Positions 25,401-37,800 are shown, numbered from the stretch's first letter. The stretch: DNA of 64,000 bases from Raillietiella orientalis (GCA_036172245.1 JAYWIR010000012.1:4340001-4404000); one strand, 5' to 3'. Translations and numbers: made by a program. Notes: generated by a model from the sequence alone, not told the origin.

Positions 25401-25873
25401 ACTTCCTAATTACTACTTTTGCAAGGTAATGATGGATTTAATCTAGGTCAACCAACAGGGTCCGACTTATGAAGGGGCTACGATTTATGGTTGATGTTAC
25501 ATTTTGAATGGATAGTTTCTTCACCTCTCAAATCATGCAACAGTTTGCACAAACAATAATTTTATTAACAAGGCTGAATGCTTTACTCCTTAAATATCAA
25601 CACAGACTTATATGCTTAGTTACCTGGCTTCAGTTAATCTCTTCAGCTTAAGTTCAAGCTTTTCCAGGCATTGTGAATATTCTCATATCTTCATTCTGTT
25701 GCTACGAGATGCAAATGTGTAATTATCTCACTGAAGACAATTTGATGGGGCAGCAATGCAGTGTACAATCATGTAGAATTCTAGTAGTAAATGCTTTAAT
25801 TAGATTATGAAAAATTTTGCAACTTTATGAACTGAAAGAAGAATCCTGAGCATCAGTACCAGAAGATGATGCA

Positions 25874-26311
25874 CTAGCTATGTTCTGGTTTAGTAAAATC
25901 TGAAGATTGGCAGATTTTCATCTCACCCTCAGTTAATGAAACATCCTGCTGGCGCAACTGCTGCTTGATTTTTTTAATCCTATGAAAAATGGTATCCATG
26001 TCCTTGCGCATATCCTGCACAAGAAGTGTCCTCTTCTGCAGTTCCTTATTCACTGTTTGAAACTGGCTTGTGCACAAGTGATGACAATGAGTAAGCATCT
26101 CATTAGTCTTTTCTAAATGTTGTAAACTAAGAGGCAACTGGACCATTATTTTGGGCAATTTTTACATTTCTTCCTGATTAGATAAAAGAGCTTGTATATC
26201 CTCTCTGCTCAACAGCCCAGATAAACTTTCAGCAAAAAATTCTGCTGCTGCTGCTGATCCATAATTTTCTATGCTGCTGCCTGAACTGCTTTTATGTTCT
26301 TCATCAGCCAT
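25874..26311 (-). CDS. KXD1: KxDL motif-containing protein 1 (BORC/BLOC-1-related), 132 aa; exons 26311-26166 and 26126-25874
   Basis: Spliced protein FAESLSGLLSREDIQALLSNQEEILQHLEKTNEML...DMRKDMDTIFHRIKKIKQQL matches the KxDL family (LxRFEKTNEML...MKxDLDxIFxRI); 39-nt GT-AG intron in phase 2. Confidence 0.9.
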
Positions 26312-28205
26312 TATGTGCTTCCTAATGCCTAAGAAAAATACAGCTATCTTGTACAATTAACATTTCAAGAAAACAGCCAACCATTCTTAACCTGGTATAT
26401 TTAATACATACTCTGAAATGTAAGGATGCTAACATCTATCCTTCACATCAATCAATATGATAAGTGAATAAAGTAACAGTGTAACCTCCTTTATGGGTTA
26501 CAGACGATTAGAGCCATAATTATGACTATAACACAGTATGACGATTGTTATAGATTAAGCATACCAAAAAAATTGCTGTGATGATTCAAGGTCAACAAAA
26601 CAAAGTCAGCAAGGCATCATCAATATTTGAACAGAAAGGTTCACTGAACACTGACACTGAAACAACGAAGTACTATTAATTTGGAGAAAGCGATTATCAT
26701 TTGAAGAAGTAAAACAAAATACTGTTGCATGAAACAGCGCCAACTGAAACCACATTGCAAATGTAACTCATCATCTATGATCACTGGATTGCAAACCCTT
26801 TCCCATATGAATGTTCTACTCTTAATATGCAAAAGAAATACCATTAATTAACAGTCCTTCGCGGAAGAACCCATCATTTGAATAAAATTAAGATCCACAT
26901 GATGGATATACAAATTAAAACACATATTTGCCACCCTTTAAAATGATGTAAGGGGCAAGTTACTGGTAGGCAAACCCCAATTTCCACGTTCTGCCATGAG
27001 TATGCCACACTTTATACTACTGATGCAAACTTCACATGTACAACGTTTATTTGATAGCATTTTTATAAAGCCGCCACATTTGTGTCTACGCGTTCAACAT
27101 GAACGAATACGAAACCGTCGGAAAACCCACGCCTTAAGGAGTTTTTACTGCCGTAAAATTATTCTCCTTCGAAAAACCGGCCGCGAAGGATAAACCTCTT
27201 CAAAAACACACATTTCATGGGCTTGCAGCTTGGTTTCTGAAATCCTTTTTCACATCAGATCCCAGATATCTACGGGACTTGCAGCTAAAATCCCTGTACT
27301 TTCCTTCCCCACTCCCCGCTAGCTGCCGTAAGCATTTAATCTGCTTTTGCTTCCGACTTTTTTCTTTTGCAAGATAAAGTTTCCTTAGAATGATCCCTTC
27401 TATATAAAATCGCGAGCATTAATATTCCTTGCATTTCCAAATATTCCTTCATTTTCTATTCTTTTCTTTCGACTTCCCCCTAAGTTTCCCTTATTTCGGA
27501 TCATCTTCTTTTAGGAGTTCTGATCCAGAAAAACGATAACAGAAATGCTATTTTTTGTGTATTCGTGTATTTACAATGTGTCAAAGGTAAACCTGTTGAG
27601 AAAAATTGGTCATTTGCATCACGCTAGAAAGCAATTCATCAAATAGCTTAAATAGCTGAGGTGTTACAATCGGGCATTTTCCTATTGTGGTAATTCTTAT
27701 TCCGACATTGCCAAGTTGCACTTTTATCAGAGTTTTGATATCTATGATCCAAAAATTATTTGTAATGGAAAAACATTTATTCTGATACAAATGCATTCCG
27801 GATATTAATACATGCTAAATTTATGAGGAACTTTATTCACAGCATTATTTATTTTCTTCTGAGCTTTTTATCATTGATTTAGGGTTGCTGAAACCGATTT
27901 AAGACAGTTTTAAGAATCACTGCATCAAACGGAGAGGAAATAATTTGACATAATAAAAGTTGATATTTCTTGAGTAACTCAGAAGAGAACTACATTAAGT
28001 TTTTCTAGAACTTCTCGATCAAAAATCAACAAAAGAACAATAATATCATACTACAAGAGCAATAGAATAATTCAGAAAAAAATATTCTTTGAATATTCTT
28101 CATATCTTTCATATGAAAGCAGTGATTTCTGACTAGCATAATACCATGCATGCACATATATGCAGAAAGCAAATTCAGAGAACAATAACAGCTCATTGCA
28201 CATTG

Positions 28206-29092
28206 GGGCAAGTGATGACAGCTGCCTAACGGCGAGGTGGGAGGTCGCCTGCACCATCGCAGGAGCAACCTGACCCATGGGCGGCTGGAGGACTTGCGAG
28301 CTGGCAGACGCCGCCACGCCTCGCAACATCGTGAAGGGACTCCTTCCGTGGAGTGAACACTTGAGTGCGCCCCCCGAAGAACTTGTGGTCCCTTCCTCCT
28401 GTTTGAACACTTCTGTGTTCCCCCTTTCGTGGAAACAAGACGTTGTCATGCTGGTGCATTGGGGTTTTCACTCCAACCAGCGGACGAACCGTGTTTCCGG
28501 GGGAGTTGTCTCCCCGAACTGTAAACGGTGCGGGGAAGTGGAAACGCCCCCGCACCTGCTCTTGGACTGCGGTTCCCTCCAAGGACTGTGGCGGAGGCTG
28601 GCCTCAGCTCTCCTGCACCAGGGGAACACCGCAGGAGACTTGATGCGCCGATTCTTCACGCCAGGCGGTCTGTCCTTAGGTGCTGTCATCGCAACGGTCT
28701 GTTGCACCCGCGCCATCGACAAGGCTCACCGAGAGCTGGAGAAGCTGGAGATTCGTCGACAGGCCACCGGAATAGCCGGCGTGAACATGGCGTCGGCTGC
28801 CGAGTGGGCCCATCTTCCAGAGGACGTTAGTAGCGAGATCACCGGCATCCATAGCCGGTTCTGAAGGAAAGGAACGGCCCAAACCAAAGACCCCTGTCCT
28901 CTCCCCTTCCCATATCTTTATTTCTATTTTTTATATGTGTATTTGTGGTCCCCTTCCTCCCGTTCCGGACTTTCGGTTTACCGACCTGCGTGTCGGGGAT
29001 CCCCCCCTTCGTTTCTTCTGTGTCCTTTGTCCGGAAACCCTGTTCCCGGATAGTTTAGAAATAAACGTCCCGACGCACCCGGGTGGGAAGCA
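28206..29092 (+). mobile_element. 5'-truncated L1/Tx1-like LINE insertion with 8-bp target-site duplication
   Basis: GC-rich block in AT-rich DNA; ORF 28277-28864 has the LINE ORF2 C-terminal CCHC motif CKRCGEVETPPHLLLDC...W; pyrimidine-rich UTR; terminal motif 29060-29091; gcacattg at 28198-28205 and 29093-29100. Confidence 0.85.
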
Positions 29093-29949
29093 GCACATTG
29101 CTCTTGAGTTTTTCGCTTGGTTGCCTGAAGTTTGTCACTCACTACAAATCACCCAGATCCATTAAACAGCACACTGAATCATGGGAAATGTTGCAAACAA
29201 CTCAATTTCAAAGTGTCGTGAACAAGCCAACGTGCAAATATCAGTGTTCATGCGTATTAAATACTATACTTAGTAAGTCATGCATACAAAACATGAAAGA
29301 AGTCAATAGAAGAATAATAATTCCTGCAGAAGTGAATCGTCATGAATAAACAGACTAGGCACTGCATCATTAACAAAGTGTTACAAATGAATACTTTCCA
29401 TAAATAATTAGTATTACAACAAACTTTAATTCCATTCTTAATATGCAAAATTACATGCATTAAATTATTCGGAACAGATTAAGGCAACAATCTAGAGATA
29501 GAAATGAAACCCGAGATTCAAAAAGGTATGCAATCGGTTCTGAAGCAGTGTTTCTGAAAAACTACATTCGGAAGACAATTTAGTTTTGATTTACTCTGAT
29601 CTGCTGGTTCGAACAATATGAGTTTGTTCTTTCCTCAATTTCAAGGAATAAAATGCGACATTTGTGAAAAGATGTTCTTGTGCAGATATAAATGCATTGA
29701 AAAAATAAGTCGTTTTTCTTATTGCTTTTGAAGAAAGCAAAAATTATACATTTTGACGTTATTGTGCCGATGTTTTTAAATAACAGTGATAATGAAGATT
29801 ATAAAAAGAACCCATTGCATATATATTGTGAGCCATTCTTGGTAGTCATATTCTGCATTGCGAGGTTTGTTTTGTATCTGGTCTCCCTTCACAGAAACCA
29901 AAGGTTACCTATCACTGCTGGTTGCATTTAATCAACAACTTTTTGGTTG

Positions 29950-30720
29950 ATTGACTGATTACTCTTCTGATATACTTGGTTCCTTTTTTGTATCCAATTC
30001 AACTTTTCTTTTCTAGCCTTAATTCTTCAGTTTTCTGTACCCTTTAGTGCAAAAGCTTTTTCAGTGAGTCTTGATCAAGTTCTTCGTCGTGTTCATCTTC
30101 CTTGTCCACGGCGTAGGGGAGGCGGGATCATTTTCAATGTGGCACAGGCCGTATGGAAGATTCTAGATAAGGGTATTGCAAGCTGCTCTTATTTTTTCGT
30201 TCCGAAATCCGATGAGGTCGAATCATGCTCTTGACTCCTCTTCCTTTTGATTGACTGAAGTCAGCACGGTTAGACAGCGTCCGTTTCGTGCCTCCCGAAC
30301 ACCGAAGGCAGTGGAGGGAAAGAGGTGATGTGTGACTGGGTTTGCTATTGAAAGGTGCGATTGGTGATTGCAACTTGCATCAATGCCGTGATCAGTTTTT
30401 GGTGAGAACTTCATGTCTTCCAGTAGACTCAGCATCACCATCTGGAGGTGCGACTTCACGTCGATGCCCCTCTCACCTGCTGGTGGTGAATATTCCTTGG
30501 GAAGACTGGTTGCTATGCTTTGGGGGTGAATCGATCCCTGCTGGAATGTTTGCGGAATTTGTTGAAACCGTGTGCCTTTCTGTGCTAATGACCAAATATC
30601 TCAACGATCAAGTGCTGTCAATTAATGGCGTAAATTGGGACCCTATTATTTATAATTCATCTTCGAGGAACTCTCGGTCACAGGTGCGGCGGGAACGCAT
30701 CGTGGGAATCGGTGTGGGTT
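29950..30720 (-). mobile_element. Possible decayed Penelope-like element (post-RT helix + GIY-YIG endonuclease remnant)
   Basis: RRTCDREFLEDEL*II (~30690-30645, cf. RAxxICxxxxLxxELxxI), then HCLRCSGGTKRTLSNR...KS (cf. CxxCxxxYIGETKRxLxxR), in the expected order; many stops and frameshifts. Confidence 0.4.
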
Positions 30721-30817
30721 AAATGGGGAATTTCGTGTGCGGATTGATCCCCCGTAATGGTTTTTTGCTCCCTAGAAATCGTGGTAATCCAAATATAAGC
30801 CTTTAAAAATAATCGAA

Positions 30818-31905
30818 ATGCAATTAATCTTCGTGACAAGCAACACAAAAAAGTACGAGGAAGTAAAGATGGAACTTCAGCATTCTTCTATTCAGGTAAT
30901 GGATTTCCCTTATTTCCCACGGCTTTGCCCTCGAATGTGCAAAAAAGGACAATTGAAAAATACGAAAAGCACTATCCGAATGGAAGTTACAGTATCAGTT
31001 AAGTTGGGTAAATGTTGCAAGTCAGAACTGAACTTTGTCTTACCCTTTAACGTTAACCACTTCATAATCCTTATCAATTACTTAATACCATAGCTAATAC
31101 AGCAGGGTGTTTGAAGTTAGAAGACGTTTCTGCTTATTATTGAATACTTTTTGTGTTTCTGTTTATATAAATGCACACCGCGCATTTCCTTAACCGGATT
31201 TTATTAAGTAATTCTTGATAAGTTCAAAAACAGTACATTGGTTTTGATGAATTTTTTCGAAGGTTCTCCAAAAAGCATTTGAACTCACGGAAGTGCAAGG
31301 AGAACCGGAAGTAATAACCAGACATAAATGTTTAGAAGCAGTCGACCATTTCAACGCGCCTGTGCTCGTTGAAGATACATCCTTGTGCTTTAAGGCTTTT
31401 GGAGGATTACCTGGTAGAAATTCATTTACATGTATTAAATTAATTCATTCCATTGACTTTTAAGTGAAGCATAAAAATAGAAGAATAAACATGTAAAGCA
31501 TGTCATTCTCCTTTCAGATGAATCAAACACTTCCATGGTTTTTTTTTTTTTTTAATAGGTGCATATGTAAAGTACTTTCTTGATAAAATTGGACCGTCAG
31601 GACTAGAGAGAATGCTAACCAGCTGGGATAACAAAGATGCATATGCATGCTGTACTTTTGGTTATTGTCCAGATCCTTCAACTAAACAAGTGTTGTTATT
31701 TCAAGGAAAAGTAGATGGAAAAATAGTAAAGCCTAGGGGCTTTAATTCTTTTGGATGGGATCCAATTTTTCAGCCTGAAGGATACACTGAAACATTTGCT
31801 GAGATGCCTACAGATTTAAAAAATACTATATCTCATCGTGGCAAAGCCTTGAGACTATTTGTGGAGTATCTGCATTCAGAACATGAGAATGATAAACTGT
31901 TTTGA
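30818..31905 (+). CDS. ITPA: Inosine triphosphate pyrophosphatase (HAM1 family), 191 aa; exons 30818-30895, 31263-31413, 31559-31905
   Basis: [49 protein letters not shown]...[19 protein letters not shown]...[15 protein letters not shown] introns with consistent phases. Confidence 0.97.
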
Positions 31906-31973
31906 ATGGTTGTGTGCTTGTGATGTCCTTGGTTATTGGGAGAACTCATATTTTGTTTTTCCTTTGGTAGATT

Positions 31974-31979
31974 AATAAA
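31974..31979 (+). promoter_or_regulatory. Putative ITPA polyadenylation signal
   Basis: AATAAA 68 nt after the ITPA stop codon. Confidence 0.6.
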
Positions 31980-32014
31980 CTTACAATGTTTAGTGAAAAA
32001 CATATCAGTTTAAG

Positions 32015-34672
32015 ATGAAAAGGAAGAACAGGAAATTAGGAGCCAAAACAGGTGCTCATCGAGAATCTAGCAAGTTATATTGCAACTTATCATCAGTGTT
32101 CACTTATGTACAGAGTTTGAAGAAAACACTGGATAGCAAGTCTGAAGCAGATTCTCATCGAGGTAAATCTAGGTGTCTTGAAGAGTTTTTGTTGAAATTG
32201 AGCGCATGTAAATTCTTTCTTATGCTCATGGGTAGAAATTTCAACACATATTACTAGTAAGTGAATCCTGTTTTTCACAAATAGGGTTCATTTGTTACTG
32301 GGATTGTGGTGAGTATACATGTTTGTGCTTATAATTGCTTATGTAGTGTTGCTTCCTCAGTCCATGAGGAAACTAAGCAACTTTTGCAATATCTTGCTCA
32401 TGGTAATTCATCAATGCTGGTTTTGGTTTCTAATGTGTCATTCAAATTCTGTTGTCAATTGAAGGCTCTGAGTCTTTCAATTTGTTAGATAATGGAAGTG
32501 GATTTGGTTGTTTAGATGTTGGTTAAAAATAATACTCTTTCCCTTGTCAGATGTGGTCTCAGAATACTTGTAGACTCTTTCTTCAAACAAAATTGTAAAA
32601 TTTTTTGCATTTTTCGACCTTGCTTAATTTGCAAAAAAAAAATAAAAAAATTCGAGGACAGCAGTTTTTCTGTGTTTAAGGTGTCCCTTGTGAAGTGAAC
32701 AGCAAGATCGAATGTTTGGATTTCTATTTTCGTTTTCCTACTTTTTATTGTGTTGTTGGTTATCACATACAATCTATAATATTAACACTCCTACTTCAGA
32801 GCTCCTTGTTGGGAATGTGCTAGACCAAATTCAAGGATATGAAGTGGATGTGTGTTGCAATGAGCATACAGTACCTGTCATGGTACAGATCATCAATCTT
32901 TCAACAAGCACACAGCTCATAGATTTGACCATGAAACTGATACACCATGTTGATGTACTGGCTGTGCACAGACAGGGCTGCCAGGTATTGGAAGCATTGA
33001 TCTTGGGACTCACCAAATGCTTTCAGGTGAACTTGCTTGTTTCTAGTTTACTGTCAAACATTTTTGTAGTCGAAACATTTTTGTAGACTGTATTCAGTGA
33101 TCCTTTGGGTGCTTTTCCTGATAAACTCACAAATGATCCGAGAGAATCCACCTCAAAAAATCTGCTTCAGTTGATACGGTGATTATTGCTCCGTGTTATT
33201 CAATGTTTATGTACATGTTAGCTCGGTGCTGGAAGCATGGGAAGCACTGGTGGTGAACCAGCATGGCAGTCGACTTGTACATGTTTGCCTTGAATCCCTG
33301 TCTGGTGTACCTCACAATACCAAACTTCTGTCATCAGTGGAAAGAACTCATGTGCCATCTTCATGGGAGCAGTTGCTTATTTCATTTTCCAGTCATGTGG
33401 TTTCTAGTGGAACTCTATCAGGTGCATTTGCCTTTTTCTTGTTTTTGGAATACTTTCTGTAGATCTTGTGCATATCAATTCAGCCAACCGATTTCTGCAG
33501 GCTCTTCTGTTCATACTTTGTTTGCTTGATGAGTCACTTTGCAAACGATTGGCCAAGGCCTTGTTGGCCAGCATGATACCTCAGGCAAAAAGTTGTTTTC
33601 AATTGTCTTCTGAAGAGAGGGAAGCATTTTTTGAAAACACCCTGCTTCCCCATATGTTGGAAGTAATTATTCAAGTCAGCTCTTCCAAAATGTTACGTCT
33701 CATCTGGCATGGCATGTTTGAAGGACATTTGTCTATCTTGGCTGTGCATCCTTCAGCCAACTTTTCCCTCCAGCATCTATTGAATCGCACCAGCAAGCAC
33801 GAGAAGGAGTTATTTCAGCAGATCCTGACTGCTCTGCTCCCTGATTTGTCTGCAGTCATCGATAACAAAAGGACTGGTGTGATCTTTGAAACTGCACAGG
33901 CTTGTCTGGAAGTTCAGACTTCACAGGGACCGGTTTTCCAGGCAAGCAAGGATTCAGCGTTTCTTATTTGTTTACATTTTAAAGGCGCTGTTGTCAGCTT
34001 TAAACTGTTGGCATCTGGCAGATGGCTATGATCAGCGTGTGAAAGCTGTTTTGCAACTTCGTCCTGCACCAATCCAGAATATGCAAATCACATTGCATGG
34101 TTCGCTGGTACTACAGAAGTTGCTTCAGTTTGCGAAACCCATCAAGGTACTGTGCTTCGATCGAGGAGCCATTCATTTGTTTTCAGATGGTGACCAGCTT
34201 GCTCAGTTTGACTGCTGAAGAACTTAAGGTCATTGCTTGTGATGTGAATGGGTGCCATGTTTACGATGTGTTCGCAAGTTCCCCTTACGTCGGTTCTAAG
34301 AGTCGGTATTCCCTCATCGTCAAACTGGACAGTGTTTTATGTGACCTGGCGTGCTCACAGTATGGTTCTCGCTGTTTGGATGCAATTTGGAAAACAGCTG
34401 GACCAAAAGAGCGCCTTCATATGGCAAACGGTTTAATTGCAGAAGAGAAGCGCCTGCACAACAATTATTTTGGGCGGTTTATTTATACGAATTTCGGCAT
34501 AAAGGCATTTCTGCATCAGCGAGAAAATTGGATGCATACTGTTGCAGTTGAGGCGAAAAAGAAAAAACTGTTTGCTGATATTTTGGGAAAAGATGTGGGG
34601 CAAGCGAAGTCGGCGACACTGAAAGAAACACGATCCTATTTTATAGATCGCCAGGGTTCCTTGAAACGTTGA
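32015..34672 (+). CDS. NOP9: Nucleolar protein 9 (Pumilio/PUF-like repeats); exons ~32015-32162 (possible in-frame intron 32052-32096), 32800-33026, 33087-33178, 33222-33421, 33463-33941, 33985-34146, 34187-34672
   Basis: ELLVGNVLDQI...LAVHRQGCQVLEAL, LAVHPSANFSLQHLL, GSLVLQKLLQF, IACDVNGCHVYDVF, LACSQYGSRCLDAIW...F...RENW match NOP9 repeats; splice phases consistent. The exact 5' end is less certain. Confidence 0.88.
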
Positions 34673-34732
34673 GACTCTGGAAATTGTGCTGATTTATTGA
34701 AATATCTATCACAAAGAAATATATGACTAGAT

Positions 34733-34897
34733 TCACTTGGAAACGTTTTCAGGACTTGAGTTCTGGTGAGTCAGAGAAGATCTGCATAAGCGATGATGGA
34801 TATCCCAGTCTTTACGTTGACAGAATGTGCCACAGTATCGAGCAGAATTGCATCCGCTACAAGTCTCTGTAGCTTTACGTCCGCAATTCCAACAATT
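34733..34897 (-). CDS. CBFA2T1: Nervy/ETO terminal exon, MYND zinc finger (NHR4)
   Basis: ttttcag| [38 protein letters not shown]...K*; phase 0 matches the NHR3 exon donor. Absent from the ORF track. Confidence 0.96.
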   Translation of the reverse strand, partial: NCWNCGRKATETCSGCNSARYCGTFCQRKDWDIHHRLCRSSLTHQNSSPENVSK

Positions 34898-37800
34898 CTG
34901 AAAAGTAACGTTTTAGTTGCGAGCAAGCTGGAATCTTTGTGATGTTTGCGAGGTTTTGTCAACTCAGGTTGATGCAGAGTGCAATAAAGCGGTGTTGATA
35001 GATGTTAGCTGCGTGGTATTCCTTATTTTGAAAAGAAAAAAAAAAGTGCTTAAATCTTTGCTTTGGGATCCACATCCCCGGAACCACTGGCAACAACCAA
35101 CGGGGATTTGCCTAAGGGAAGTGCTTGCAAGCAGTTGATGGTCTGAATGTACATTACGTTTGGGCGGTGCGAGTTTCCGAAATATTCGAAAAGTAAGCGT
35201 TTTACGAAGAAACGGCGACACCTGCAGAGAGCGAGGGTTTTTCCTTTGGGGAACTGTTCCGGGGTCATCAGAAAAGGTTTCGTTGCAGTCACGTGATTTC
35301 GCGGACGCAGCACGGTTTTAATTCCACGAGAAGGCTCTCTTGGTGAACTGCTGCGTTACAAGATCGCTAAAAGAAGCAAGAAAACAGGAAGTGTCTTGCA
35401 CACACGGGGGAAGTGGGCCAATTCGTTCCACCGGGATTTAAATATCTTCAGCACCGAAACAGAACGCAGTGGAAACGGTCTTTCGAAAAGTAGGCACCGC
35501 CAAGATCTGCTTATGAAAGGTGAAAAATGCAGCTGCACCGATCAATTAACGTTCAGGTAATGTGTTTCCTAATGAAGATTATCGGATAGGAACAGTTGTA
35601 TCAACGGCTAAAAATCTGCAAGCGAGATTGGGAACGGAATCGGCTAATTTAAAGTGTCTGAATGAACCGCAGGTAGGGTGCTGCAAGCGGAGGGAGCTCA
35701 TCAAGATCAACTCTGATGTTGATCGAACCGACTCTTCATCAGCTGTGCACGAAGAGCAGTCTGAAAGCCACGTGAACCGCCATGGCTGAAAACGGTCAGC
35801 TGTCGGCTCGTGCAAAACATTGCCGGCCAGGAATCAGACTCAAAGCACCATTCTTTCCCCCCTCCCCCGACAGCGGCCACGTACGTTTTCACGCTCGCGC
35901 CGCCCCCTTGGGGCCAAGGGGTCTGAGCTGCTCCGCAAAGCTTTGAAAGTCGTCCCCAAGCCAAGTCGAGGCTACTCGGAGCTGCGACTTCGCACCCCAC
36001 CGTTAGGTTTGCGCTCGCCTCGTGGGGAATCCATGTAATCCTCAGAGAGGAGCTGGAGTCTTCGCTCACAGCATCCCTCTGCACACCTCCCTCCCCTTCA
36101 CCATCAGGGAAACGAAGAACCTTTACTGAACTTCCAAAAAGAGAGAAAAAAGAGGTTAGGGGAAGAGCGAAATCTTAAGAAGCCGAAAGGAAATTGCATT
36201 TCTGAGGAAACAAAGCCAAACAACAACAACAACAAAAAGATGCAATTTCATTTCTGTAGAAAACGTTCTTGCTTTCGCAACACGTTCCCTTTTAAGGCCG
36301 AATTTGTTTCTGGGAGAACATATACAAATGCGCTGCTGATGAGAGTGTACGAAGACCCCGCAACGGGAAATAATCATTTCTAGAGATCACACAGCTGCAG
36401 GAGACAGTGACAAATAGAAGCCGCCAGAGTAATTTCGCGAAAGACAGATTTCTTGTTTCCAAACGATCCTTCCTCCGTGGATTTTAAGGGGAAGGACGGA
36501 GAGGGGGGGGAGAGTAGAAGCCCATGAGAAGCAAGGAAGGGAAGAAATGGGAAGAGAAGAAAATCACAGTCGGCCGATTCTTTCTTTCTTCCTCCGCCCG
36601 TCCCATCCGCAGGAAGGTGAAACCGAGCCCGCCACTGTTTCCGGTCGAGTTGTCGATGGCAAAGAAATTCGCAATCAAGAATCCCTAAGGAATGGGGGTT
36701 CTTCGCTTGCGCGAGCAGGGTGGTGGCAGCGTCGCAACGCCCCAGGTCACTAGAAGAGGCGAAGTCTCGTGCGCCCGCACCGGATCTTCCTTTCCGTCTT
36801 GCTCCAGCAGGCCGCGCGCGCGATGTGGAAGCGTCGAGAAGGGGGAGAGGGGGGGGGGGGAGGCGAGGAGGGGATACACAGACGATACTCTGCTCCTTTC
36901 GCGTGCGTTTGACGCTGCCGGCCGCCCGAGCTGACAGATGCTGAGATCTGCAACGCACAGACGACCAGAGAAACTCAACCGGCGCAAAAAGGACGGCAGG
37001 GAGGACGTTCCGAAATAACCGGGAAGGAGATGCGGGGCTCGCTGGGAGTAAATTTATCCCGCAGCATTTGCTCCCGACAGCAATGCCGAGGGTATCGTCC
37101 GAGAAGATCCGAGAGATGGCGTGAACGACGAAGGGGGAAAAGAGCGTGCTGAGTCACGCGGCTGCGCTTCTCGGGCGGAGCACCCACCTGTGTGTTCCAG
37201 AAGCGCGCAAGGGTCGATGCAACCCCTGGATGCAAAGCCCTGAGAGTACCCGCAGCGCGATGACCCGGCATCGGACCTGGTGGTGCAGCCGCAGAAGCCG
37301 CAGGATGCACACCATCGATCGATCCTGCCTTCTCTTCGAGGGTGTGCGCGTGCGCGTGGTCAAGCGGCGCTTCGCCGTCCGACTCGTTCCAATCGAATGG
37401 CGCACATCGCGAGGAGGAACTTCGACCTGTGCTCCCGTCGCAGTACTCCTTGCTAAGAGTTGGCTAAAGGGACGAGGTGAGGGGGGGCGATAACAAGAAC
37501 GGGCAGAAGACCCACGCTCTTCGCTTTGCGCACACGTTTTTTGAACGGGAGGAGGAGGGAAAAGAAAAAGACACTTCCATCCTTGCAGAGACGGAAGGCG
37601 AGCACATGCTCCTCGCATCGAAAACTCCCCCTTCTGATGACATGGATTGCCGGTACGCAGGGCAGATAGCATATGGCGCGAGGGCAGCACGCGGACTCGA
37701 GTGACGTCAAGAGAGAAGGAGAGCAGAGCTGGGTAGCGCGAGTGAAGCGAAGGCGCGAGCAGGGCGGCGGTTCGCGCTGCGGAGTATATTGCTGGGAGCG

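Noticed and set aside
30005..30035. Hammerhead ribozyme core (minus strand ctgaaga...gaaa) near the Penelope-like remnant
   Set aside because: No convincing stems I-III can be formed.
32306..32698. Short ORFs with splice-like signals as extra NOP9 exons
   Set aside because: The 32162 donor joins 32800 in the correct phase and gives continuous NOP9 homology without them.
35600..36450. Minus-strand APE endonuclease remnant (KSRFD...VHSD)
   Set aside because: Too few and too degenerate motifs to support without an HMM search.
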